A stretch of 64,000 nucleotides of DNA from Negaprion brevirostris (Eukaryota), in assembly GCA_030324005.1 (NCBI GenBank), contig JARDVH010000073.1, positions 93,641,337-93,705,336 on the forward strand, given 5' to 3'. The position numbers and the translations under genes are program-made. The notes below the pieces were generated by a model, which saw only the letters and a list, made by a program, of their open reading frames with translations, searched no databases and was not told the DNA's origin. Shown piece after piece: positions 51,150-64,000 of the stretch (the first letter of the stretch is position 1; every line of letters begins with the position of its first letter).

Positions 51150-51810
51150 AATAAATACTTTTCTTTATGCGTCTTTACCATGACAAAGTGTCCCAAGGCA
51201 CTTAACATGGTCGTTGCAATACAAAACCAAGAGACATTAGGGCAATGACAAAAAGCCTGGCCGAGGACATTTGTTTTAAGGAATGTCTTAAAGAGGAAAT
51301 TGAGAGAGAATCAAAGACTTTGGGTGGGACTTCCAGTGCTTAGGGTCCAAGCAGCTGAAGACACAGCCAGGGGATAGTGATTAAAATCCAGGTTGCTCAA
51401 AAGGCTGGAAATCGATGGATGCAGATTTCATGGAGATTTCTGGCACAATAGTAGTCATGGTGTGGAGATGCTGGCGTTGGACTGGGTAAACCCAGTAAGA
51501 AGTCTGACAACAGCAGGCTTAAGTCCGAACGACTTATTTGATAGTAAACTCACACGCTTTCGGGGTTTCTCCCTTCGTCAGGTGAATGACCTTCACCTGA
51601 CGAAGGGAGAAACCTCAAAAGCATGTCAGTTTACTATCAAATAAATCAGTTGGACTTAAACCTAGTGTTGTCAGACTTCTTACTGGGTTTCTGGAACAGC
51701 AGGACACCACAACAATAGAGAGGAGCAAGACCATGGAGCAATTCGGTAAAAAGGATGGGAATTTTAAAATCAAGCTTTGGCTCAACCCAGAGCTAATGTA
51801 TGTCAGCGAA
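51150..51810 (-). mobile_element. L2-type LINE 3' fragment hosting the Penelope palindrome
   Basis: 'gtcccaaggcacttaaca...gagacattagg...ttttaaggaatgtcttaaag...ttccagtgcttaggg...gcagctgaag'. Confidence 0.5.
51456..51690. mobile_element. Penelope-like element inverted (palindromic) pLTR pair with hammerhead-ribozyme-like cores
   Basis: Arms 51488-51586 and 51592-51690 are reverse complements with about 10 differences and a 5-nt loop. Each arm carries CTGACGA-stem-(G/A)AAA. Confidence 0.75.
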
Positions 51811-51884
51811 TAGAACATAGAACATAGAACATTACAGCGCAGAACAGGCCCTTCGGCCCACGATGTTGCGCCGACCAGCTTTTT
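51810..51884 (-). mobile_element. Young CR1 3' end running into a gap
   Basis: 'tagaacatagaacatagaacattacagcgcagaacaggcccttcggcccacgatgttgcgccgacc', with CpGs intact. Confidence 0.7.
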
Positions 51885-53857
51885 NNNNNNNNNNNNNNNN
51901 NNNNNNNNNNNNNNNNNNNNNNNNNNNNNNNNNNNNNNNNNNNNNNNNNNNNNNNNNNNNNNNNNNNNNNNNNNNNNNNNNNNNNNNNNNNNNNNNNNNN
52001 NNNNNNNNNNNNNNNNNNNNNNNNNNNNNNNNNNNNNNNNNNNNNNNNNNNNNNNNNNNNNNNNNNNNNNNNNNNNNNNNNNNNNNNNNNNNNNNNNNNN
52101 NNNNNNNNNNNNNNNNNNNNNNNNNNNNNNNNNNNNNNNNNNNNNNNNNNNNNNNNNNNNNNNNNNNNNNNNNNNNNNNNNNNNTGCATTGAGGACTAAC
52201 AACAATAACGTTACAAAGCCCCACAAATAACAATGAGATAACAAACAGTTAAGATGGTTTAGTGTTAGCTATAGAGTAAATATTGGCTTGGTCAGCAGAA
52301 CAAACCTTCTGTTTTTCAAAAAGCACCATGGGGTCTGTTGCATCCACCTCTGCGGCCTACATCTATGGTTTAACATCTCATGCAACACTTCTTGAATACT
52401 ACACAGAATTGCTAGCTCTAGCTCTTGAACCCACAACCTCTGACTCAGGCAAGAGCTGTACCACTGAACTAACACTGACACCACTTGACTACGTGTTAAT
52501 TCATTCAGACGGGAGATTCCAGATGGTATTGGGACTAAAGGAATTGGCAGGGTGCCAGAACTACTACAACATACCACATTAATTATATTTTCTATGATTT
52601 GCATTATATGTTAAATCATATGTTTTATAGACACTCAAATAACTACCGTAGGTAAACATATGCAAGCACATTGCGCTAATCTACTCGTAACGTCCCATCT
52701 GCTCTCTAGGCAAAAGGAATTCCGATGGTTTACCTGACATTGGCAAAGAGCATGACCCTAATTTAAACAGGCACTAGCATATCTAGACATTCCATGGAAG
52801 TAGATCAAAGGCAGCAAACAGAACTGGTGAAAGGATCTGTTAGTAACTAGTCCAGGATAGTGATGTAGCATATCGATTGCCCTTTTCCAGTAATATTGCA
52901 GATAATAATATGCATTTTATAAGGGAACTTGTTACAACACAAAATCCAGGCTAAACAGTAATTTGCTGCCATACACACCATTATATTTAGTTAAATTGGA
53001 ATCAACAGTTTCTGACCTCTTTCTGCCATTGGATGTATGAAAATATGAATGGCATCTAAATTCAGTTTCTTAGATATTCAGGCAGTGTGCATAGGAGGTG
53101 TATGTCTCATAAATATGCCCACTCTTGGGCTCATATTCAAAGATGTAGTTATGGCTGACTTTAACTTGTGCAACCCTGAAGGAGGAATTTGAGACTTCAT
53201 AGGTCTTGTCTGTTCTTTATCCTTTCAGGTTGATGATGATTGTGAGGCAAAACCTTCCAGCAGCTGTGTGCAAGGAGTAACACAACAGTAGTCAATTTAT
53301 ACCTATGCTGGCAGCAATTCAGATACCTCTGCACATGTGAAGGCAGATACCACCTTTGTATAACTTTGATCTACAATGGCTTCAGTAAAGGAGACACCCA
53401 GTTTTGATGTAACTTCATTATAGTAAGTGCATGGTACTGTGACACTGTTGAGGCTCCACTGTAGCTAGTTCAAGATGCTGGTGGCAGGCGTTGCTTTCCT
53501 CATGCAGTTCATAGTTTATGCAGTCATCCAATACTGCTATTCCTTCATCTAGAGAATCACATAAAAGGACACTTCCACAAACCACTAGAGAGAATTTTAT
53601 GCCGTATGAAAGATGCACCTCGCAGAAAACCACCAAGAATACAGGAACATTAACAAAAATATTCATGTCTGATAGCTATTGCAATATGTCTTTCTCTCAT
53701 TGTGCAGGAGGTCCCAATATCCAAAAGCCACAAATACATAGCCAGATTTTGAAGATTCCTAAAAGGATTCCGTGATGTAGAGTTGATGCCAGTGCTTTGA
53801 CATATATATCAGGTGGGTTGGATATCTGGGAATAATTTCAAAGTTCAAATGACACAG

Positions 53858-54095
53858 AGTTATCGAGTCATAGATTTTTATAGCACAAAAAGAGGCCCTT
53901 TGGCCCATCATGTCTGCACCAACCATCTAGCACTTTTCTATTCTAATCCCATTTTCCAGCACTTGATCTGTAGCCTTGTATGCTATGGCATTTCAAGTGC
54001 TCATCTAAATGCCTCTTAAATGTTATGAGGGTTCCCACCTCAACCACCCTTTGAGGTACTGAGTTCCAGATTCCCACCAACCTCTGGGTGGACAA
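53858..54095 (-). mobile_element. CR1 LINE 3' end
   Basis: 'agcacaaaaagaggccctttggcccatc...gagttccagattcccaccaacctctgggtg'. Confidence 0.65.
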
Positions 54096-55964
54096 AGTGG
54101 CATTCATCTGCAATTGTACCATACTATGATTCTATAATTCTATTAGCGATTGACATTATCATATGTACCATAGCATAGTTCACTGCTCTAGTAAGTCTTC
54201 ATGACTCAGCTTTTCAGGTGAGGCTGAACCTCCTCATGTTCTTTCATACTCAGGTAGGTAAGCCATACCTGGAGCATCTGGAACAACCTGGAGCCATATG
54301 CCTACTGCTCAAGTGTATTCCTTGCTGCAAGTCATATCTCTACTAATGCCCAGCAACCTCCTGGATCATTCTTTTTTCCTATATCACACTATTTGTTTCT
54401 ACATGTCCATTCTTAGAAACGTATTCTTCTGCTATTTGCCTCTTTCATTGTTGTGATGATGCTTTGGAATGAATCCCATTTGTGAAACTTACTAACTTTT
54501 GGTGTGACTTGAAGTAAAATATTGGCTTTCCAATTTGACTGTGCAGATCAAAATGCTGCCTGAATGCATCATTATTGACATTTTACAAGATCTGAAACCA
54601 AACATCAGTTCTTTTCTCAATTGCTTTATGCTAATATTTGTTGATCTGTTTTCAGAGGGGGTAAATTTCTCAGAGTATCATTAAACGCAGATGAGCAGCC
54701 TGTTAGCACTTTCAAATGACATTTCAATTTTTACTCATTATTTTTTCATTATAATATGCACCTCATTTCTTGGAAGAGCAGCATGATTTTTTTGTCCAGA
54801 GGACAAAGAGTATACATATGGATTGTGCATTTGTACATAGGAAAATCTGAAGAATATGGAAGATTTCATCTTGTATTATTTTTGGACATGGTGCAAAAAT
54901 TCAACTTCAGTACTCAAAGGATTACTCACCTAAGAATATAATTGTTTATTGCAAACTCACGCAAATATAAAAGAATTGACATGACGCCTCCATTGTCTCA
55001 TAAATTCAGATCTGCAGATTGCCAGTGGGAGCGTCCTTCCAATAACTGCTGGGAAGTGTATGGCTCACCCATAAGTACCCTTAGAGAGACAGAATACAGG
55101 CTGACACCAGATTCCAGAAACCTGATTAATTCCAGATACTTGCAGTTAAAATTCTGTCCGTGCTGGTGATCTGACTTTATGTTAAACGATAATTCAGCAG
55201 TATATTTGAGCGGGTTTTTTTTGTCATGATCTAAATATTTTGAGAATATGTTGGTGTCAAATTAAGACAGTTAAGCAGTACAAGATTATAAAACATTAAA
55301 CGGGCCTGGGTAATAGGAAATCAGTTTAAGCCTGGTGGCATTGAAACCTTTATGAGCTCATGCAGAATTGCATTTTGGTTACAGTTTGACAAGAATATAT
55401 TTATGACGCATGTTGGTTAGGACCAAATGAGTAAGGGAGTGAGATTTTGAAAGCGGACACCCTAGAAGTTTTCAACATCATCATCTGTCCTCAGGCAATC
55501 TTACTTTGTGATTTTTCACATGTAACAGTACATATTGCACTGCAGCTGCCACTGTAGAACTCCCCCTGCTGTGTCACCATGAAGTTGCTCTCCAGGTTGC
55601 AAACTTAAGAACAGTGACAGCACTTTAAGTGATAATTCATTGGACCTGGGAAGGATTGGGATGTGATAAGGTAATATATTTCTCTTTCTATTTCATTTCC
55701 ATATGGATAGGAGATTTTGGATAGTACTACTTGTTCATTGTGTCACTGGGGCTGTGCTTTAGGATACCACAGCAAGAGTACTCACACAAAATGTCCCCTC
55801 TTAAATTGCCTTAAACCAACAATTAAATGCCATTTAGTACTAGTAAATGTGCAGAAAACTTATTTTTTAACAATTAGGATTAGTGGAAAATTAAGTAGTC
55901 CATGCTTTCGCTTTAAGGCCAAATGACTTTACACACAATTGATTTGTACAACCTGCAATCTATT

Positions 55965-56130
55965 CATAGAATAATAGAATTCTACAGTGCAGAAAGAGGC
56001 CACTTGGCCCATCAAGTCTGCACAACCACAATCCTACCCAAGCCCTATCACCATAACCCCATGCGTTTACCCGAGCTAGTCCCCTTGACAGTAAGGGGCA
56101 ATTTAGCATGGCCAATCCACCTAACCTGCG
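55965..56130 (-). mobile_element. HE1-like SINE 3' part
   Basis: 'tagaattctacagtgcagaaagaggcc...aaggggcaatttagcatggccaatccacctaacctgc'. Confidence 0.7.
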
Positions 56131-57459
56131 ATTGAGATGATAACCATAGAAAACAGACCTTTTAGTTTACTACAGAGTTTATTCACATTGCTCTTTCCGT
56201 ACATGCCCAGATCACCAGCTATCAAAATTCAGGAACAAGAATAAAACTTGGTGCATTGACTGCCAATGCAGAAAGTAGTTCTGTGTTGCATTTTAGATCA
56301 GTCTGTCATTAACAAAATATATCTTTATGCATTTTTTAAACAGTAGTATTAAATTAAGTAAGTGCAGTGCAATTAAAATCTCAGCATAGGCAATATATGT
56401 GCACTTTGCATAATTAAACTTGACCCCTGGAGCAGGACTCTGCAGCACTAGCAAGAATGATGTGGTCAGACAATTGTGCATTGCGTTTTTGAGGCAAAAA
56501 TAATACAAATTTTCCTTTATTCTTCCTGGAAGTAGAAAACAGTAACCTAGCCCATTACAATCTGCCATTATTAAATACCATCACTCAGACTACAGAAGTA
56601 CTTTGCTCTAAGTATGCTGCCTATTCATTATGGATGAATCAGATGAATATTACATTTAGCAGTGGGAATCTGCTTCCTTTAACTTTTTTCACAAATCCAA
56701 TGAAGTAAGTAGTGCAACATGAATGTACCATGATTCACCCAGTAATTCTCAAATTGTGAGACTACAGTCTACATTTTTAAAGAATTTGTTCTCCACTCAA
56801 TTGACAGGTCTCCATGTCACAACTGAATAATATTAGTAGAGGTAAATGGCTGTGGGCAAAAGACAAAGTACAGTCTCGGCGGGGAAAAGTTGGCTCCAAT
56901 ACCTCTGGGCTAGACAAGAGGGGAAAAAGATAACCAGCCGTCTCAAATCTGATTGATATTCGATGATGCCAACTCGAAAGAGTGATCTAAAGACCGGGCA
57001 AGGGGCAGGGGTGGCTGTTTAGTTGGCTCGGTTGACTGGATCACATTGTTGTTTAGTACGGATCTAATTGAGCATGGGGTTCAATCCCCATTCTGATTGG
57101 GGTGGATTTAGGACTTCCCACTTTGCGCTACCTGTGGTGGAGATTGTGGTGCTGTGGGTCACTGCTGCCTTCATTCCGAGATTTGAAGAAGAAAATGGAG
57201 GGCCACTGCCATGTATAGGACAGTATGTCAACAAGCTTCAGGAGAGGTGGGCAAAAACATCAAATACTAATCACAATAATAAATGCAGAGAAAGGACAAC
57301 ATACCTTCTGTGTGGATATCCTTCTAAAGAAAATCAAATTCTCCTTCATCACAGCATATTGAATGACTCAAGGTGTTGTCTCCTGAAGAACTATTCCAGT
57401 TACTGATCACTTTTTGATTTTGACATCAGTTCTGAACTTACAGGAACTAGTGGGAATAA

Positions 57460-57750
57460 GTTGATCATTTTCAGGTTGGCAGGTTGTAACTAATGAGGTG
57501 GCAGAAGGATTGATGAATGTTCCTCAGTTTCTTACCATCGATATTGAAGGCTTGGATGAGGTGACTAAGTGCAACATGTCCAATTTTGCTGATGATACAA
57601 TGTTAGGTGGGAAAGTAAACTGCGAGGAGGACAAGAGCAAACAGCAAAAGGATATTGACAGATTAAGTGAATGGCAAAAGGTGGAAGATAGAGTATAATG
57701 TGGGGAAATGTGAAGTTGTTCAGTATGGTAGGAAGAAAAGAGAAGCAGAT
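57460..57750 (+). mobile_element. CR1 RT fragment (5' part of a copy split by the Gypsy element)
   Basis: FLTIDIEGLDEVTKCNMSNFADDTMLGGKVNCEEDKSKQQKDIDRLSEW contains the CR1 FADDT motif. Confidence 0.8.
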
Positions 57751-60700
57751 TGTGGTATCTGGTCCCATTAAGGGACAATCAGTTGATTGAGTTTCCCGGG
57801 TCATATGACCCTATCAGGGGACTAGGATGGGGGTCACCCTAGCAAGTGCAAGTTTTTGCCTTGGATTGATTCCAGTAGGTGTTTGACAACCACAAAGCTG
57901 CAAGACTCTGTAAGATAGTATGTTGTAAATAAACATTAGTTGTTTCAGACTTAGTTGGTGAGCCAAAGTTATTACAGTGGCAATGAGGATAAAACAGAGG
58001 ATGTGTGATCCCAAGACAGTGAGTACAGAACCCATTGAAGTTTAAGTCCAGTTGTAAATTAGAAGTGCGCTGCAGGAAAAATACTTCTATTTGATCGTTT
58101 AGATTCCTTTGGTGTCTCCATTGAGCTTCGGGCACAGTATATAGAATGTTTAGATTATTGTTTTATGGCCAATGGAATTGAAGAGGAGGCAAAGGGGAAG
58201 GCAATCCTTTTATGTGTGTGTGGGACCCAGATCTATAGTTCAATCTGCAGCCTTACATCTCTGAACATGCCCAATTTAAGTTGATTCACATATTTGGTGA
58301 AGGCACACTATCATCCAAAGTCCTTAGTAATCCTGCAGCATTTTAAATTTAATTTCACAGGTAAAGCCCCAGGAGAGACTATTGCAACCTACATTTTGAA
58401 GCTAAGGCAAATTGCAGCACACTGCGACTTCAAGCCACCCTGAACGATATGTTGTGAGATCGCTTAGTTTGTGCAGTCAGAAATGAGGCCATCTAGAGAA
58501 AACTGTTAGCGGAGACAGAAATCAATTTTAAAAAGGCACTTGAGATAGCGCTAGTAATAGAGAGCACTGAGGAGATTGCACAGGAGCTTCAGAGCATGCA
58601 AAATGGCACAGTTCATTAGTTAGGGCCAGAAGCTGTGGTCAGCAGTAGCACTGAAAGTAAAGATGTTAGTTTTAAACAGGAAGGAAACATAGCTGCAGGC
58701 AGAGTCAGAAGATACAGGATTGTGCTTGCAACATCAAGATTTGAAGCAGACTGTTACCAATGCAGGGGTAATCACACACCAGAAGCTTGCATATTTAAGG
58801 AAGCACAATGCTATTTCATGCTACAGGAAGGGGCACGTGAGGCACCGGTGTAAGAGCAAGCCAAACATGCTCAGTGCTAAAGGCAGGAGCACATTGCAAG
58901 TAGACAGTGCAAAAGATTTCCCTACAAATGAATTGGGTGTTCATTCACTGAACAATATGAAAGCGGGAAAGGTAGCCCCCATCAAAGTGATGCTTTTGGT
59001 TTGTGGTAAACTATAGAAATGGAAGTAGAAATGGGTGCTTGCCTTACACAAATAGGGGAACACATGTAAAGGTATTTGCAAAAAGGGGTTCAGCCTTTGG
59101 GTTTAATAAATATATTACAAAATTGGTGATCTATAAGGGAGAGACACCAGGTTATAGTCCAGCATTGCGCCATCATCAGAGGAAGTCGGCTTCGCTCCGA
59201 AAGCTTGTGATTTCAAATAAACCTGTAAATATTCTGTGCTTCATTTTGGACAATAGTGGGTCTCTGCTGGTTCAATACTTGATGTACTGCACCGAAACTT
59301 GGAATGTTTCAAGAAATTTAGCACCATCACAATTTTACTGCAGTGCTGAGGGGGGTGCTACACTGTCAAGTAATGGTAGGCAACTTAGTGCATCTGCATT
59401 TGTTGTACGCATTCCAGGCCAGTGTTGGAATGTATACTCAAATAAAACTGGATGGGTGCAGCTCCAACAATACTCTAACCTGGTGTCATGTGATCTTTCA
59501 TCTTGTCCATCCCAGACCAACACCAGCATCTGTTCATCAAGGCCACTATGTGGGAGAAGCCATCGAGATCATGGGTACTACCACTGTACCAGTGAGATAT
59601 CAGCAGCAATCTGCCCAACTCCCAGGAATAATTGTATCAGGCAGAGGACCAAGTCTACTGGGCTGCAACTGGCTTAAAGGAATTGAATTAGATGCAAAAA
59701 TTTTCAAATCAAAGAAGGAGACCTGCTAGAACTAATAAAGAAGTGTAAAGATGTATTTTATGATGAGCTGGGAAAAATAAGAGCCTGTAGGTGAAGATCC
59801 ATCAGTATGTGTGAGGAAGGCATTTTACCATGGTAATAGATCAAAACCACATTTGGACCTCAAACTGCTTTGGATCTTTTTAGGAAAGACAAAGCCACTC
59901 TGCGAATCACATTGAGATTAATCTTTTGTTTGATTATTATTCATTTCTGGGATATGGGCTTCGCTAGTTGGCCAGCATTTATTGTTCATCCCCTAGTTTC
60001 CCTTGAGAAGGTGGTAGTGAGCTGCCTTCTTGAATTGCTGCAGTCCATGTTCTGTGGATTGACCCACAATGCCATTAGGGAGGGAATTTCAGGATTTTGA
60101 CCCAGCAACAGCCAAGGAATGGTGATATATTTCCAAGTCAGGACGGTGAGTGGTTTGGCGAGGATCTTCCATGTGGTGATCCTCCCATGTATCAGCTGCT
60201 CTTGTCCTTCTAGAAGTGGTCGTGGGTTTGGAAAGTGCTGTCTAAGGATCTTTGGTGAATTGCTGCAGTGCATCTTGTAGATAGTACANNNNNNNNNNNN
60301 NNNNNNNNNNNNNNNNNNNNNNNNNNNNNNNNNNNNNNNNNNNNNNNNNNNNNNNNNNNNNNNNNNNNNNNNNNNNNNNNNNNNNNNNNNNNNNNNNNNN
60401 NNNNNNNNNNNNNNNNNNNNNNNNNNNNNNNNNNNNNNNNNNNNNNNNNNNNNNNNNNNNNNNNNNNNNNNNNNNNNNNNNNNNNNNNNNNNNNNNNNNN
60501 NNNNNNNNNNNNNNNNNNNNNNNNNNNNNNNNNNNNNNNNNNNNCTAAATTTCTTGAAAACGTTCCAAGTTTCGGTGCAGCAAATCAAGTATTGAACCAG
60601 CAGAGACCCACTATTGTCCAAAGTGAAGCACAGAATATTTACAGAATGGACCAACAAGCTAACGTCTGAAGAGATGAAGCCATATTGTAATCAGAAAGAT

Positions 60701-62330
60701 GAATTATGTTGTGAAGACAATATCATACTTTGGGGAGCAAGAGTTGTTATCCCTGTACCAGGAAGGAGGTTGCTCTTGGCTGAAGTACATGCTATCTGGA
60801 TATGTCAAAAATGGAGGTGCTGGCAGAGGTATGTTTGATGGCCTGCCATACATGGCAACATTGAAAGTTTAGTGCAGCACTATGATCAGTGCCCGTTGCA
60901 ACAGTTGCCCCTTTGCACCCTTTGGAAATAACCTGAATGGCCATGAGTGCATGTCTACATTGATTATGTGGGCTCATCTTTGGACATGATGTTTTTGCTC
61001 CTGATTGGTGCCCTTTCAAAGATGATGAGTTTGAAATGAAGTCTGCAGCGTTGCATGTCACAGTTGAGAAACTGCATCAATGTTTTGCATCCCATGGGGT
61101 ATCTGAAGCAATTATATTGGATAATGGAACAACCTTCATGAGTGCTGAAGTTTGCAATTGCACCTCAATGAATACGCCATACCACCCAGCATCCAATGGA
61201 CTGGCTGAATGAGCAGTCCAAGCCTTCAAGTCAGGTCTTAAAAAGCGGTCAGATGCAACTCTGGAAACTAGAATGTCTCAATTTCTTCTAGGATACAGGA
61301 GCCAATAACTCAAATGTCTTAAAGACAGAGAAAATTGATGACTAACTTCTGCTGGATGAAGAAAATTTCTAATTCTGTGAGGAGGTTAAACAAATGAGAA
61401 GCATGTCTCAGCAAGCAAAATCACACTGTCCCAAACACTGTCCCTCAATGAGGACATTCTATGGGGTATTCTATGACAGCAGTGCCGCCAACAGAATTAT
61501 TGATGGGCTGGCATCTTAGGATCTAAGTCTGGTGTTTCTGAATTTACCAGGGAGAGTAGAGGCCAGTCAAAGCAGCCAGAAGAAAAACCATGGGGGGAAC
61601 TGTCTGGCCTACCTGCAACATTTCTGTTGTGGTGGGAGGTGGCACACCATTTGCCAGTGGGGGATCTTCTTGCCCCTCCACTGTCATTGGAATTTCCCAT
61701 TGACTGCACCCCATGCCACTGAGAAACCCATGGAGGAGATGCATTGTCGGTTGACAGGGCCAGAAGAACTCACTGGTGTAAACAGGCAGAGAATTTAGGG
61801 TCACAATTTAAACAACGCAGCAAGGTAATTTGCAATAGATGAACCAGTGTATGTCAGAAATTTCAAACCAAAATGTATCCCAGGAGTTGTTGCAGCCAAA
61901 TCAGGACTACTGCCTTATGAAGTGAATGTACAAGATAGAATTGTCAGGAAACATGTGGCCCACTTGCATGGATGAGAGCTGTCCCAGCCGCCAGTACTAC
62001 TGCCTGAAACGATATTGCCAGCAGGAAGCCTTGCTGGTTGTCCGAGTAATGAAGTAGTGAGCCAACCTGTAACAGGAGAGCTTGTCAGCACCACAGAAAC
62101 AAAGGAGTTTCCCACTCCTGAGGTGATACCAAATGCAGTAGTTGCTGCAGAAAGTACCCCAGCAAAAACCGTCAAGTTGGTGGAGTTACACTGCCACTCT
62201 ACCAGAAAGCAAAATCATCAGAGAAACTAAACGTATGGTAATTTGTTTGAATGGGTTAAATATTAAATTTATTAGGAACTGTATAATTTAACTGTTATCA
62301 TTGCATAAAAGGACTTAGGGGGTGGGAAAT
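57751..62330 (+). mobile_element. Gypsy/Ty3 LTR retrotransposon, decayed and rearranged
   Basis: 5' LTR TG...CA at 57751-57976 and PBS-like tggcaatgagg at 57978. Gag (MANGIEEEAKGKAILLCVCG) with a zinc knuckle near 58750-58850. Protease (MEVEMGA; GRGPSLLGCNWL). Integrase (DNGTTF; YHPASNGLAE; VYVRNF). PPT-like tract at about 62308-62329. RT is largely missing. Confidence 0.85.
59930..60288 (-). mobile_element. LINE 3' end inserted in the Gypsy pol region
   Basis: 'ggccagcatttattg...cccttgagaaggtggtagtgagctgccttcttgaa...gggaatttcaggattttgacccagc' resembles a common shark LINE tail as I recall it. Confidence 0.6.
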
Positions 62331-62584
62331 CTCTTTGCATATCTCACCATTTAAAAATATCTTTGAAATAACTTTGACTTATCAACTAGCTATGAAACAA
62401 CTAATGTTAATTTACAATGTACTATTTTAGAATCATTGAGATTTGTAGCTACTGGTCAGTACTTGGAATCTACCTGAAGCAGAAGTCCATGATTGCCAGG
62501 CTAAACCCCCACCCAGACCCCAATTGGTTTTCTTGGATCTGGCCCCTTTAAGGGGCATTTGGCCAATAGTTACTTGAGATTTTC

Positions 62585-63646
62585 ATGTTCACAAGAAAGT
62601 TAGCATGCAGATCGTACATGTAGTTAGGAAGGTAAATGGCATGTTTGGCCTTATTGCAAGGGAGCTGGCATAGGAATAAGGAAGGTTTGATGAGATTATA
62701 TAGGGTTTGGTGTTATGGCAGCATGGCGGTACAGTCGTTAGCACTGCTGCCTCACAGTGCCAGGGACCCAGGTTCAATTCCCAGCTTGGGTCACTGTCTG
62801 CACAGAGTTTGCACATTCTCCCCGTGTCTATGTTGGTTTCCTCCAGGTGCTCCGGTTTCCTCCCAAAGTCCAAAAGANNNNNNNNNNNNNNNNNNNNNNN
62901 NNNNNNNNNNNNNNNNNNNNNNNNNNNNNNNNNNNNNNNNNNNNNNNNNNNNNNNNNNNNNNNNNNNNNNNNNNNNNGTTGGTTTCCTCCAGGTGCTCCG
63001 GTTTCCTCCCAAAGTCCAAAAGACATGGTGATTAGGTGCAATGGCTAAGCTAAATTCTCCCTCAGTGTACCTGAACAAGCGCTAGAGTGTGGCAAGTAGG
63101 GGACTTTCACGGTAACTTCATCGCAGTGTTAATGTAAGCCAAGTTGTAAATAAACTTTAAACAACTCCTGGAGTACTACATACAGTTTTGGTGGAAGGAT
63201 ATACTTAACTCAGAGGCAATATGATAAAGGTTCACTGGATTTATTATTGGAATGAGAGGCTTATCCTATGGGGAGAATTCAAACAGAATGGGCCAATATC
63301 CTCTGAAGTTTAGAAATTCTGAGAGGGCTTAATATGATGGATGCTGAGAGATAGTTTCTCCAGACTGGACAGTCTAGAATGAAGGCTTATAGCTAATAAC
63401 AAGGCATTGGCCATTTGGGACTGAGATGAGAAATGTCTTCATTCAGATCGTGTTGAGACTTTGGAATTCTCTATGCACCAATGTTGGGTATATTTAAGAC
63501 AGTGATGGATAGATTTTTGGACACTAATGGAAGCAAGGGACAAGCAGACAGGAAAGTGGAATTGAGATAGAAGATCAGCCATGATGGCGGACAAGCTCAA
63601 GGGGCTCTCTGGCTTAGTCTTGCTCATACTCCATATGCTCTTGTTC
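62585..63646 (+). mobile_element. CR1 3' part (continuation of 57460-57750), interrupted by a SINE
   Basis: 'aggaaggtaaatggcatgtttggccttattgcaagg...ctggagtact...cagttttgg...tatatttaagacag...gatagatttttg...agatcagccatgat'. Confidence 0.75.
62717..63161 (+). mobile_element. tRNA-derived V-SINE (contains a false 100-N gap)
   Basis: B box ggttcaattcc, V-domain and family tail. About 46 bp on either side of the gap are identical. Confidence 0.85.
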
Positions 63647-64000
63647 ATGCATGTTCGGTAGCAGCAGATGTAACTAGATATAAGAAAAATGTACATGTAT
63701 AGTGTCTTATCTTATATAGCAGAAGTTCCAAATATTTCACTGCTAAATTAATTCAAAGTTCAGTTATTGTTATTATGTAAGCAAATATTCACAACACTTT
63801 CCTACACAGCTGAATCCCTTTGGTGATACTGGTTATGGAAGGAATGTTGGGCAACATACCAAGATAACTCCCTCCTCTTTTTCTAAGTGTGCCACAGGAT
63901 CTTTAACATCTTATCTAAGGAACTCATGATCAACCATTCTTTTTATTTCATCTATAATCAAATAATCCATAAAAAACCATCTTGTTTTATTTCTTCCAAT

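Noticed and set aside
62832-63023. ~46-bp direct repeat around a gap inside a SINE
   Set aside because: Same overlap artefact. Other SINE copies have this segment only once.
1-64000. CRISPR arrays, tRNA/rRNA genes, prokaryotic operons
   Set aside because: No regularly spaced repeat-spacer array or rRNA-like sequence was seen. The tRNA-like boxes belong to SINE heads, and the DNA is vertebrate.

Overview
Eukaryotic vertebrate DNA, most likely from a shark (inferred from V-SINE/HE1-type tRNA SINEs, CR1, L2, Tx1, Rex1-like LINEs and Penelope remnants). It is a gapped draft assembly. The only protein-coding host gene I can support is a two-exon fibrinogen-like 2 (FGL2/fibroleukin)-like gene on the minus strand: coding exon 1 at 39754-39148, and exon 2 from 37206 into an assembly gap. 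Its product diverges at known functional residues: the first coiled-coil CxxC and the putative prothrombinase serine are lost, and the coil is very basic. The gene sits as an AT-rich island inside a ~21 kb repeat-poor, CpG-retaining domain (about 24.3-45.7 kb) that resembles the regulatory region of another gene whose exons are not visible. The rest is mostly decayed transposons: a Tx1/L1 (20.8-23.3 kb), a Gypsy LTR element nested in a CR1 (57.5-63.6 kb), SINEs and MITEs. Structural oddities include a ~220 bp-arm inverted repeat, a Penelope palindrome with hammerhead-ribozyme cores, a templated inverted insertion and an old ~180 bp palindrome. All family assignments come from recalled motifs, not database searches. 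I found no clear evidence of a wholly new multi-gene system.
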